Shown in pieces: positions 1 to 11,345 of a stretch of DNA of 64,000 bases (position 1 is its first letter; the number at the start of each line of letters is the position of its first letter). Source of the stretch: Ministeria vibrans ATCC 50519. Taxonomy: Eukaryota; Protista; Filasterea. The notes beneath the pieces were generated by a model. It saw only the letters and a program-made list of their open reading frames with translations, was not told where the DNA came from and ran no database searches. Where the stretch lies: positions 27,870-91,869 of the forward strand of contig CALSCP010001419.1 in NCBI GenBank assembly GCA_943704425.1, in the 5' to 3' direction. The position numbers were made by a program, and so were the translations under genes.

Positions 1-1508
1 GATGTGGCGAGTGTGGGCGACGAAAGAATCACCTGGGGCACCATGATGGTGTCTGTGGCGGAGCCTGTCGTGACCGAGCTGTACCGACGAGCATTAGTGG
101 GATCCAACTTGGACGTGTACGTGACCATGGCAGTGATGGGCACAACGTGGCCCGGGTAGATGGAGTTGAGCAGCGTGACCGTAGTGGAGACGGAAAAGGT
201 GCTCTCGCCCAACTGGTAGCGTGTGGTGACGGGCGCGCTGCAGACGGTGAAGCCTTCGGGGGTGGGCGAGCACGAGAGAGCGGCAGCGAGGCCCGCAATG
301 GACGACGAGGTGGACGCCGTGTTCACTTGGGCGTGCGTCGAGTTGACGTACAGCAGAAAGTTGACGTTGTAGGCGTCGCTGTCACTTGGGGCCTGGTGAG
401 AAATGGACGCCGTAATGGCAATGGTATCGCCGGCGTCGGCCGTGGTGGCGCCCGTGACGACGTCGGCGACAAGATGCGGCTCGACAATGGTAAAGGTGGT
501 TGTCTTCCAGCGCGTTCGTGTTCCTGTGGTCGTCGCAAAGCGCAAGCGGGTTGCTGGCGAGCTTTGAAGACCACGCTGGTTAACGGTGGCGTCGGTGACG
601 CGAGCGGTGAAGACGCTCGTGACGTAGTCTTGGTTGTTGTCGATGCGATCAATGGTGTTGATGACATAGCCATAGTTGACAAATGCCTGGTCGTCGACGA
701 GGTCGCTGTTGGAGTCGCTGATGTTTGCCGACGAGCCGACAGTGATGCCCGACGTGAGCATGGTGAGGCTGGAGCCGACGGCGGTGACGCTGCCCGAGAG
801 CACTTGGACGTTCCATGGGGAAGCGAGAAAGTACTGGGTGAGGTCGGTGGCGGTGGTGTTGCCCTCGATGGGACGGACGCCCAGTGTGGCCGTGATCACT
901 TCGCCAATAGCGACATTAAGATCCGACGTGTCGCTCAGGTCGGTGGTGTACGCCGAGGTGAGGTCGGGGCGAATGGTTGTTGTTGTGACAAACTTGGTGG
1001 TGAGTTGCAGTGCACGCCGAAGAGGATCACCGGTGGCACGCGAGAACCACGCAAGGGTCGCGTTGCAGCCGTACTGCGACTGCGGTTGCACCCACTGAGT
1101 GAGTTCGACAGCAAAAATAATGGTAATGTTGGTGCCCTGGACACCCGCCAAGGAAAAGAGGGGCACCTGAACACTGACCGTCGTATCGTTGGCATCATTT
1201 CCGTCGGTGACGGTGCCCGTCGTGGTGATGACGGTGCCTGGGACCAGCGTAAAGAATGGATTTGGCAAGACAAGATCGTTGAAAAGGAGGTCGTGTGCGT
1301 CGCGCGTCGACGCTGCCGCATGCTTGATGACCATGGTAAACTCGACAAGCTCGCCTCCCTCACGGTTGTTTTCGGGCAACGCTGTCTTTGTAATGGTCAG
1401 CAGGGCGCCAACCACGCTCACTTGGTTGCCCATGTCCTGTGACGACGTCGACGAGTGGTAATAGAGCGTCGTTGCCGAAGTCGCATCAGGTGTGAATGTG
1501 AAAAAGCT

Positions 1509-1541
<33 letters not shown>

Positions 1542-2178
1542 ATACGTCAATATAGGAGTAGTAATAATACTATCAAAAGTCAACAAGAGAGGAGATAATG
1601 ATGCAGGTGAGGATATATGTGCGTGTGTGTGTGTGTATGTGTGTGTGTGTGTGTGTGTGGGACGGTGTGTGGAATAACGGAGAGACGGCGTGGGGACGGG
1701 AGGCGGACCTGGCGTCGGCGGCAATGGGCACGGTGCCAGCGACAAGGGCGGTCGCTGGTCTGACGGCACTTGAAGAGAGCGCAAAGGGAAATGCCAGCAG
1801 GTTTGCGCTTTCGACTGCCTCAAAGCGATAGCTCACGCCAACCTAATGCAATTGCGTTGGAGTGAGAGAGGAACACTTGTCAGTAAGTGGCATTTTCCTT
1901 TTTTTTTCTTTTCTTTTTTCTTTTTTTTTTTTAAAAAAAGGTTCTTTTTTTTGAGCGTGGTGTAATGAAGTCGGGTGTGAGTGTGACGGTCTTACCTCGA
2001 GTGAGAGAGGTGGACGTGGAAGTGCACCTGAGCCGGAGTCGATGAGAAACTGCGTACCGTCGTGGGTAACGCAAAAAGTCGTTGAGCTCGCTGAACACTG
2101 AGCATCGGCGACGTTGACAAGGCAGGCGAGGAGAGCCAGCAGGAGGCTGAGGATTGAAGGCACACGTCGAGCGATCAT
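1..2178 (-). CDS. Secreted/surface protein, 3'-truncated by the window edge: signal peptide, cupredoxin-like segment, then bacterial-type DUF11/isopeptide-fimbrial-like beta-sandwich repeats
   Basis: ATG 2178 (MIARRVPSILSLLLALLACLVNVADA signal peptide). Exons 2178-1996, 1842-~1710 and 1506-<1 join in frame through GT-AG introns. The last exon is open for ~500 codons (LTITKTA..GGELVEFTMVIKH..DLLFNDLVLP; VAIGEVITATL..EG; TIVEPHL..ADAGDTIAITASISH..DAYNV) and is absent from the ORF track. Confidence 0.75.
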
Positions 2179-2647
2179 AGAGCGTAGCGGCAAGTTGAGT
2201 TGGCGCTGTATTCGCGGAGGTTGTCAAGGAGAATGTGTGACGTTGCCAGGGGGACGGGATGTCAAAAGGTGCGAAATTCTTCGCCGTTTCAAAAGTGACC
2301 AAACAGCCGCGTCCTTTTAGTCTGTTTGCTCTACTGCGTCTACTCGGCACCTTTTTGTTTTGGTAGATTGGCGAAAGGTAGTCGAGGGTCGACGACGTTT
2401 GGCGGAAAAAGATTATTGAGTTTTCAATTATTAAAAGTAACTCAGAATAATAATTATTATGACAATTACAACGTCCCAAACACACAAGGGGCGTCATGAA
2501 ATCTAAATTCTTGGGAATTTCTTTAGAGGACAGACAGCCCGTCCAGGCTCTTCCTAAATCCTAATTGTAAATTGACCGTATATACGTCATTCGACAACCC
2601 TTTAACCCCCCTTGGGTATAAAATGAAAATTAAGTTTGTTTGTACAT

Positions 2648-3658
2648 TCAAGTCTGCAACGCCGCGCACGCTGCCGTCGCCGAGTCCAGGACGGCAGTCT
2701 TTCGCTCAAGCAACGCTCTAGAATCTGCATACAACTGTCGCTTCACTTCGATTTCGCCTGTCACACGTCCGTTTGCGCGGCGAATCTGTAGACGGCGGGC
2801 GGGGGCTCATGATTAGTACAGCCCTCGTACCAGGTCTTTTTGTGTACCTCTTCAAGTTGTGCTTTGAGTCGATCACGCTCAGCAGATTTTGCTGCAATCA
2901 TGTGCGCCGCGACACGTCCGGCGGGTGTGTTGAGGTTCCCTGAAGGGACCCTATGCAAATTTGAGACGTATCAATAATGAAACAAAGGGATATGGTACGG
3001 AACACGCTTACTTGTTCTCTGCCGACGACGATGTCCCCACAAGTGCATCCAATGTATTTAACGAGTCTCGCACGTTTTTTTCCTCTTGCAAGATCAACTC
3101 AAACTCGTGCTGGGGACGAAAGAACAGAGTTGAATTGTTTGAAAATATTGCGTCGTTTTTTTTTTTTTTTTTTTTTTTTTTTTTNNNNNNNNNNAAAGCG
3201 CATTCGCTCTTTGCGGGTCAGCATGTTCGCCTAATGACACGCGACACACGGAAAAGTCCACTTCTCTTACCTCTACGCTTTGACGCAGGTACACCTGAAA
3301 CTGTTCATATGTATGGCCGATTTGCTTCTTCTGTGATGACGAGGCGCCCGTAAAACAGTTGGCAGCGTCGTCCGCGCTGAGGTTTAGAGCGAAAGTGTTT
3401 GAAAAAACCATTAGAACTTCACTGTCGCTTAGAACGTAAAATATACAGGCGCCACAGCCGATTCGACTCAATAGGGTGTCTGATACACATGTCACGAGGA
3501 CAATGCGGAGTGGAACACTGGACTATTCGGCTTGGTTTCCAGACAAGGAAAAATAACACTTACGAGACATCGGCCAACATGGTCTCGGTTGCCTTCATCA
3601 GGACCTGTCTCAGTCGTCGCACGCGCACTCCATCGCTCGAGTCAACCACTTCTTCCAT
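2648..3658 (-). CDS. PMF1/Nnf1-like kinetochore MIS12-complex subunit (multi-exon)
   Basis: Spliced peptides MEEVVDSSDGVRVRRLRQVLMKATETMLADV / CFTGASSSQKKQIGHTYEQFQVYLRQSVE / EFELILQEEKNVRDSLNTLD / TPAGRVAAHMIAAKSAERDRLKAQLEE follow the Nnf1 pattern. Stop TGA at 2648-2650. Confidence 0.6.
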
Positions 3659-3738
3659 CTTGAAAAATTAAGTTGATAAGTTTGATTTAAGATTTTAGTT
3701 TCAGTTTTTTGATTTTTTTTTTGATTTTTTTATTCATC

Positions 3739-4463
3739 ATGAACCTCTCCGAGGCGCAAGAGGACGAAATTATGGCCCTCGAGTCTATATACGGTGATCA
3801 CTTTAGTCGCGAACCGGCAGACGAGACGAGCGTGAAAATCAAGGTCTACTCGACCATAACTTGGACGAAGTTTGTCTTGAAAATCGTCTTTCTCTCGCTT
3901 CTCAACAGGTTTCCGTTGCAGTCGAGGTACCCAGTGAGTTTTCCGTCACCATGGACGGCGGTACAACGTGCATTCCTGTCGAGCATTTGCCCCCCATTGG
4001 TCTTTTTGTCAAGTACACTGCCAGCACCTACCCACACATCCCTACGTTTGCCCTCGACTGCTCTTGGCTCACCATCGACAAGGTAGGAGGAACCAAGCCG
4101 ACCGTCGTGGTCGATCAAGAGTGCCTGGGCCATGCGACAGGCGATTGAGCAATTGAGTCTAATGGTGTGACTGTCTGTCTCATACTCCCTCCCTTTCATT
4201 CCCAGTTGAGTGCCCTTCACCGAGAACTCACTGACAGCTTTGATGGCGAACCCGTTGTCTTTGACTGGTGCACGACGCTGCAGTCGCTCGATTTGAGCAG
4301 CCAGAATCCGTTTCAGTTGGACATTTCGCTGGTCAACTCGCCTCAAAGTCCCAGTCCTAACACCAAGAAACCGCCCGTCCGCCAATCGGCGCTGTCCATT
4401 CCAAAGTTGCTCCAAAGTATCATTGAGTTTGATGCAGCAGAGAAACAGCGCATCTTTGACGAG

Positions 4464-4553
<90 letters not shown>

Positions 4554-5648
4554 GAGGAGGAGGGGGAAAGAAGCAAAGTGATAGATAGATTGTGATAGAG
4601 AGAGAGGAGGAGGGGGAAAGAAGCAAAGTGATAGATAGATTGTGATAGAGAGAGAGGAGGAGGGGGAAAGAAGCAAAGTGATAGATAGATTGATAGAGAG
4701 AGAGGAGTGAGAATAACAAAGTGAAAGTGGGGGAAGAACAAATAGAAATAGAAAGAGGGGGAGAACAAATAGAGACGTGAACTCGCTGACCATTCACTTT
4801 GTATATCCCACTCAGTCGTACATTGAATGCGAAATCTGCTACAGCGAGCTTGCCGGGCACAAGTGCCATCGTTTGTCGCTGTGCGGACACACGTACTGTC
4901 GGGCCTGTCTGACGGCATCGTTCACGAGCGCCCTCTCTAGCAACCAGTCACGTCCACAGTGTCCCACGGGCGACTGTACGTTTGACGTGTCCCCGCTCGA
5001 CCTTAAAGTGCTCTTGAGCGCCGCTGTCTATGCACAATACGAGCAACGGCTGCTGGAGAAGACGCTGTCGGCGATGGACGACGTGCACTACTGCCCGCGC
5101 CCCGGCTGCGGCAAGCTCGTCCTCGTCGAGCGCGATCTCGGCCGCTGTCCATGTGGCTTTGTCTTCTGTCTCATCTGCAATCGCGTCTACCACGGCGTCT
5201 CGCCGTGCAGCGTAGAACACGCACAGAAGCTCCTCGATGAGTACCAGACGGCGTCGCCTGCCCGGCAAGAGGAACTCGAGCGCCGCTACGGTCTCAAGAA
5301 GCTCCTGAAGATGCGCGAAGAGGCCGAAACGCTCGCCTATATCCATGAGATCTCCCAGCAGTGCCCCCATTGCAAATTTGCCATCCAAAAGACCACTGGC
5401 TGCAACAAAATGGTGAGAGCGACGACAATAGCATATTATTCATCTGTTCTAATTGGTAGGTGTGCACCTCGTGCCGCAATCACTTCTGTTGGCTGTGCTT
5501 GGCCAAACTTAATGCAGCCGACCCTTACGAGCATTTCCGCATGGGCAAGAGTGTCTGTGCAGGACTGCTATTTGACGGTATGGCCAATCCAGACTGGGAC
5601 GACGAAGAGGAGGAGGAAGAGGAATACGAGGGCGGCCTCTTTGATTGA
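3739..5648 (+). CDS. RNF14: RWD-RBR E3 ubiquitin ligase (RNF14/ARA54/Itt1-like)
   Basis: N-terminal EAQEDEIMALESIY (RWD); RING1 CEIC..CGHTYCRAC..CPTGDC; IBR CPRPGC..CPCGFVFCLIC..H; RING2 CPHC..KTTGCNKM|CTSCRNHFCWLC. Confidence 0.88.
4465..4703. repeat. Intronic (GA)n microsatellite followed by ~3 copies of a 50-bp tandem repeat
   Basis: (GA)n at 4465-4548; the unit marker AAGCAAAGTGATAG recurs at 4571, 4621 and 4671. Confidence 0.9.
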
Positions 5649-6027
5649 TATTGAACGAAAATGTTGTATGATTGTATAATAATAATATTATAACGCTTCC
5701 ACACACACTCTCTCTGGGGCCGTCGGGGCTTCACTCGGGCGGTCTTTACTGTGTGTCTTTGCTCTCTTATTCTTCAGCCTTTCCTTTTCGCTGTACGCTT
5801 ATGAGTTATGAGTTACAGTAACCAAAACATTTCAACTCCCAACCTAATGTACAAACAAAGTACACATACAATCATACATTATTCAAAAAACTCAAAAAAT
5901 CAAATTAAATTTAATTGGTTCTCAGTTAGCGTTGCGCGCGTGGAGTTGCACTCCAACGCAAGATCGAAAGACACTGCGCTCTATTCGTCTATCTCTTTCT
6001 TTCTTTCTCTTTTTTTTTCTTTTCTTA

Positions 6028-7841
6028 ATGTCAAACACATCGCGTACGCCGTCGCCAGGCAGCTTCCCGGCGGACCTGCTCGACGTCGGGATCGACCATA
6101 ACTTTGATCTTCTGGACGACCTGTGGGAGGAGACGGTCATTGCAGGCGGTACGGCCGGCAGCGGCGACGATTTCGACAGGGCGGCCGAACCTTCGTCGAC
6201 GAACGATACCAACAGTGCATTCCCTCACACTCAAATGGACACCTCCATGACGCTCGACGATGAAACGGAAGCCGCCAAGGTGCGTCGATCCAGTCGCCGT
6301 CGACGGCCCTCGTCGGCTGCAGCGGCCGCGGCGGACGCGTCAAGCACAACAGCGCATCCCACAAGCGCCGCTTCGCTCGGGGGTCGCCGCCGTCGCCCAC
6401 CACCTCCCGCGCCTACCACCACCACCACCACCACCACCAACACCACCACCAGCAGCCCCTCTACCATGGCCGCTGCGCACAACGATGATCCCCAGTCGTG
6501 GCAACAGCAGACAAGCGCGCCGTTGCAGACTGGCTTTGGTTTGGGCAGCGGTGTGCCTCTTTTTCGCTCCTCAAGCTCACAGCCGGACGCTTCGCTCTCG
6601 TTCACCCACTCGCTCCTGGGCAGCTCGGGCGCTCCCCAATCAACGGGGCTTGTTGGGCGACTCTTACACAACACCCAAACACACATGCCCATGGCATCCG
6701 GTAGCACTGCCTTTGGCGGTGGCACAGGAGGAAGTGGTGGTGTTGGCGCTGGTGGATCTTTTGGCCTGGGCGCCCCACTGATCTCTTCATCCACCACTAC
6801 AACCACAACAAGCACGCGCCCAGCTGCCGCATCGGCCGCCGCCTCAAGCACTCTGTCCGGCTCTTATCCGAGACAACAGCCGCTCTTTCACCACGGCCTT
6901 TCCCGCGATGGCTCAGCGTCCGGCAGTCTCTACGGCAGCACCACTAGTCTTTACGACAGCAATGACCATCTCGACTCGTTTTCCGGACCCCTGCACCCCG
7001 ACATCTCCTACAACGACGATGACGATAACGACAACAACGGCAACGACGACCCCTCCTCCGCCTCAGCATCAAACACCCCTCATCACGACCAAACCAAAAA
7101 ATCCCTCACTCCCTACCGTCGCAAATTGCTCAAGCGCGACACTCACAATCAAATTGAGCGAAGGTATCGTCAAATGATTCCCAATTTACTTCTCCTAATA
7201 GATCTATGTTCTTCTCTTCTGTCCCCTTTTTTTTTTGCCACACAGACGACGTGACGGTACCAAACAAACGCACTTTTACCCACAACAATTCTCATGCTGA
7301 ATAATCATATCTTTATTTCCTTTTACTCTCTCTCTATCACTTTGTTTCTTTCTCCTTTCTCTCTCTCTATTTGTTTCTCTCTATTGTATATGTAGCTATT
7401 AATGATCGCATTACGGAATTGGCAGCACTGGTACCGGACGATTTCAGCCGAGATAAACAGTCGAAGGGACAAGTGCTCAAGACGTGTGTGGAGTACACAC
7501 AGCACTTGCAGGCGCAAAACCAGCAGTACCGCGACGAGTACGAGCGCATCCTCCGCGTCAACATGCTCCTTGAACAGCGCCAGCGCGACTTCCAGAATCG
7601 CATCTCTCAGCTCGAACAGACCATTCAGGAGCTTGAACATCACATTGCGACGCTCGTGCTCAACGAGCATCGCCCCAACACCGCCAATCTAGCTGCCCCA
7701 ACGACTCCCTCCGCTGCTGCTTCTGATGCTGCGACGGCCGACCCTGGAAATTGCAGTGAGAGCGACTCTTCTCATGTACATGCCCACTCTCCCTACGACC
7801 ATCACAAAACTCCGCCCGACAGTCGGGAGCCCGAGGCATAG
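6028..7841 (+). CDS. bHLH-leucine zipper transcription factor (MiT/TFE/USF-like)
   Basis: Exons 6028-7163, 7246-7256 (microexon) and 7396-7841 give KRDTHNQIERRRRDAINDRITELAALVP..SKGQVLKTCVEYTQHLQ followed by a heptad zipper. The N-terminus is long and low in complexity. Confidence 0.88.
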
Positions 7842-7928
7842 ACAACTCGAGAATCACTGTATTTTTTTGTACTGTACAAATATTTTATTTTTTCTTCCAG
7901 CAAAATAACCATATGCTCTGATATGAAT

Positions 7929-10900
7929 TCAGTATCTCTCAATCACAACAAGCGATGAGTCGACACACGCAAACTCACTCTCGCGCTCGAGCGCAGTGGT
8001 ACACACGCGCACCATGCCCAAGGTAGTCTGCAACAGGAGATAGGGCACGCCCTGCAAAGCACACAAGTGAACGTGCGCGACGTCCCGAAGCACAGAGGGT
8101 GTGTCGAGGGTGGAAGCAGAGCGTACACCTTCAGGCACTGCAAGCGTCACCGTTTGGCGCTCTTCACGTTCTGCATTGACAAACAGCAGCTCGTACACGT
8201 GATCGGCGGTTGTCAAGGAGGAGGAGGGTGGCAACGACGACAACGACGTCGTGGTGCTCTTGGCGGACCAGGCAGTGAGATCAGTATAGCCCGATGGGAG
8301 CGAGTTGTACGCCGTCTCGGGCGGACCGACCGATGTAAGCACTGCGCCGTTCTTGGACCAGCTGAGGGTGAAAACGACAAGGTCCCCGTCGATTCCGTTG
8401 TAGCCAAGCACGTGAAGGTGAGAGGGAGCCGTGACTGACGAGAGTCGGGCACTGCCAGTCGACGCCACACGCACGCACCGACATTCAAGAGTAGCACGGT
8501 CGTCTGACGGCAGACCGTCGCCCGTAAAGTGGGCCAAGTCCAGCGCGTGCATCTCGCCTGTGGCACTGTTGTAGAGCAGTGCGCAGTCGCGTGGAGGCCA
8601 GGCATTGTGGCCAGTCGGATGCGACACGGTGATCAAGTGAGTCGCACCGCGCGGACACTCGACCGGCGCCCCAAGCGACGTGGCACAAACAACGTTGCGT
8701 AGAGAACAAATGGACTCGGCGAGGACAAGCTGCACTGAGCCAGTGGTGCGCTCGTACGCAAGGAATCCATCGCGGACAGGCGTAAACAGCCACAGCAGTG
8801 CTGATGGACTGTTGCCCGGACGATTTCTACCCAGACCCGTCTGTAGCGACTGACCGCGATCGGGCGCTCGTCTGGGCCGTACAACTTTTAGAAGACACGC
8901 GAGTGACGCGTCCGCCGACAGCGCGACCACAAGCGACGAGCGTACCCCGGAGAGTAAAGGACGGCCGCGCGTGCCACGGACCGGAAGCGCATCAGCGACG
9001 TCGACATAACGCACAAGTTGTGGGGCGTCCAAGTCAAGCTCAGTCATCAGCGTCTGAGTCAGCGTGCGCAGCTCGTTGCCCACACGAAGAAGCTCCTCGC
9101 GTTGCTCAAGTGTTGTTGGTGGTGCATGCTGGTAGGCAAGACGCACGTGAAGTGAATTCGCTGGCGGCAACACAGCGTGTGCTCGACCGCAAGCGGCGAG
9201 AGCTGCGGCAGTCCAAGCCGCGAGCGCCGAGCCCACCCGACGGGAGACACACTCGAGGGGAACGCTCTCAAGATTGTCGCTGGTGGCAGCCGTTGGCTGC
9301 GAAGCTTTGACCCGAAACGACGTCCAACTGGCACTCTGACACTGCAGTGCACAGCGCGAGACGAGACTCGAGCACAGCTGCGTCCACGTTGCCATGCCGG
9401 TCATGGCCGCCGGAATGCCATCAAAGAGCCGCAGCAAATCCACGTGGAACGACGATGGAGGTGGCAGCCAAAACAGCAAGCCTACGCGGCTCTCGCGTAT
9501 CACATTTTGCATCTGACACAGGACTGAAACAAAAATAACGTCAAAATAATAACGAACGATGATCAAAAAATGAATTGAAATTATTATCGATTGATTACCG
9601 TCAAAGACACGAGACGCAGGTGAAATAGTACAGGTGAAGCTAACGCCCTCGTAGCGAGCAACAGCTCCGCGAGCATTAAAGCGCGAGGAAGGGAAGGGAG
9701 CATGAGGCCAGCGGAGGCCAGCGGCAAGGGTGTCGGCGGCAAGGTGTGACAGAAGCACTTTTTCGGTGGCCAGCAAAGCCGAGAGTTTAGTAGTGCAATT
9801 GGAAGATAGATTGTCGTCGTCGTCGTCGTCGTCAAGCTGACGATGTTGTACACTCTCAAACTGCAGTGTGTAGCCGGCGGTGCTGCCAAGTGTGGCAAGG
9901 CACGCCTGGCGCACGCGTTCGAGCATGTGGTCAGGAGCGACGACTAGAAGATTATTCACAGGTGTGCCACGCAGAAGAAGACGCACTGCCATGAGAGTTT
10001 GCAGGAGGGTACGAGACGGGGCCGGTAACAGGCACATGGTGTGATCAATGCCGTGGCTATGGACAATTTGTTGCAGACTTGCTTGCTCCAGTGCGTCCGT
10101 CAGCACCAACACGGACGCAGCGCCGTTGAGAGTTGCACCCGCATCGCCACACGACCGCACATAGCCACACGCATGTTCCACAAGTCTATTCCACTCAGCT
10201 CGACGTGTGTCCGACGATGATGAAGAAGACGACGACGGCAATGATACTACTGGCGGACCAATGACAACCGTTGCAAGAGGATTGCGCAAAAGCATTTCGC
10301 CATTGGCAATTTGTGGGATGCCTAAAAGGCGACGCAAAAATCCACTGTGACTAATCACAATCACAAGCGCTGCACCACTCAAGTGACCGTCGCCTGAGCT
10401 GTCAAGCCACTAAAAAGAATAGAATATAATTTAAAGTGAGTCGCAATGACGATGTCATCCATTGTACAAAAGGGGATAAAAGAGAGAATAATGCGTCGAC
10501 GTACTCTTCTGAAACATCGAGCGCGCTCAGCAATGTTTGCCTCTGACTCACGTTCGACGCGGGATATGGTCCCATTGGCAAGGGCGCCTTTTGGACGGAA
10601 AGGACAGCCGTCGACGCACCAGGCGTCGTCGGCGACGAGAGGCTCCTCGTCGGCACTCATGTCAACAAAGGCATCGTTCAAGAACCAGTGGTTGGCGACA
10701 AGCGAGAAGGACACGCGAGGGAATTCGGCTTGCAGGAGGGACGCACGTCGGCCGACGTCGCAGTCGGCATGGACCACTTCGGCCAGCAGGGGCTGCGCTA
10801 CGATGCGAATCCCGCGCGGCAGTGCCATCGCCGTTGCAAGACAGCGCGTCAGAGGCGACGTGACCGCTACGCGAAACGCTGTCAGCAACAGAAACAGGCA

Positions 10901-11123
10901 GTCAACGCATGCATATACCTACGACCCGGTCCAGGCCGGTCGCGAGGAATCCGGCGCTGTCGAGGAAGCGTTGAAAGTCTTGTGACAAGTTGGCGAGCTG
11001 TGAATGGCCCTGCGTCGAAAGTGGTGCGTCCCGCAGCCCGTGGGTGTTGCTCCCCTTGCTTGCCGCCGCATTGTGCTCGCTTTCTACGTGTCTAACATAT
11101 GCGACGACGGGCGCCTGGAGCAT
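7929..11123 (-). CDS. Histidine-phosphatase (phosphoglycerate-mutase-like) domain fused to a ~750-aa unknown C-terminal region
   Basis: Joining track ORFs 10902..11123, 10379..10888 and 7929..10382 through GT-AG introns gives RHVESEHN, RDAPLS, SPLTRCLATA, LAEVVHADCDVG, RESEANIAERARCF and VISHSGFL. A further in-frame 75-nt intron is likely at 9524-9598. Confidence 0.8.
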
Positions 11124-11345
11124 CAGACACTGATTTATATTTTTGATCTTTTATCAACTTGATTAGAAAAGGATTGTTTTATAGTTTATATACACCTGTA
11201 AAATAATATGACTAATGTAAACCGAGACTACTCTAGAGTTCTATATTGTCCCATTCCCACTTCCAAGCAAATGGTGGTACATTTAGTATTATTGTGGTCA
11301 CTATAATAATAAAAATATAATAATAATTGTGTTTGTTTTGTTTGT

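Noticed and set aside
147-1442. 431-aa plus-strand ORF
   Set aside because: It is the antisense shadow of the real minus-strand adhesin-like exon and has no recognisable motifs. The same applies to most overlapping short ORFs in the track.
4551-4703. Regularly spaced repeats as a CRISPR-like array
   Set aside because: The units are contiguous near-identical tandem copies without unique spacers, in a eukaryotic intron, with no cas genes.
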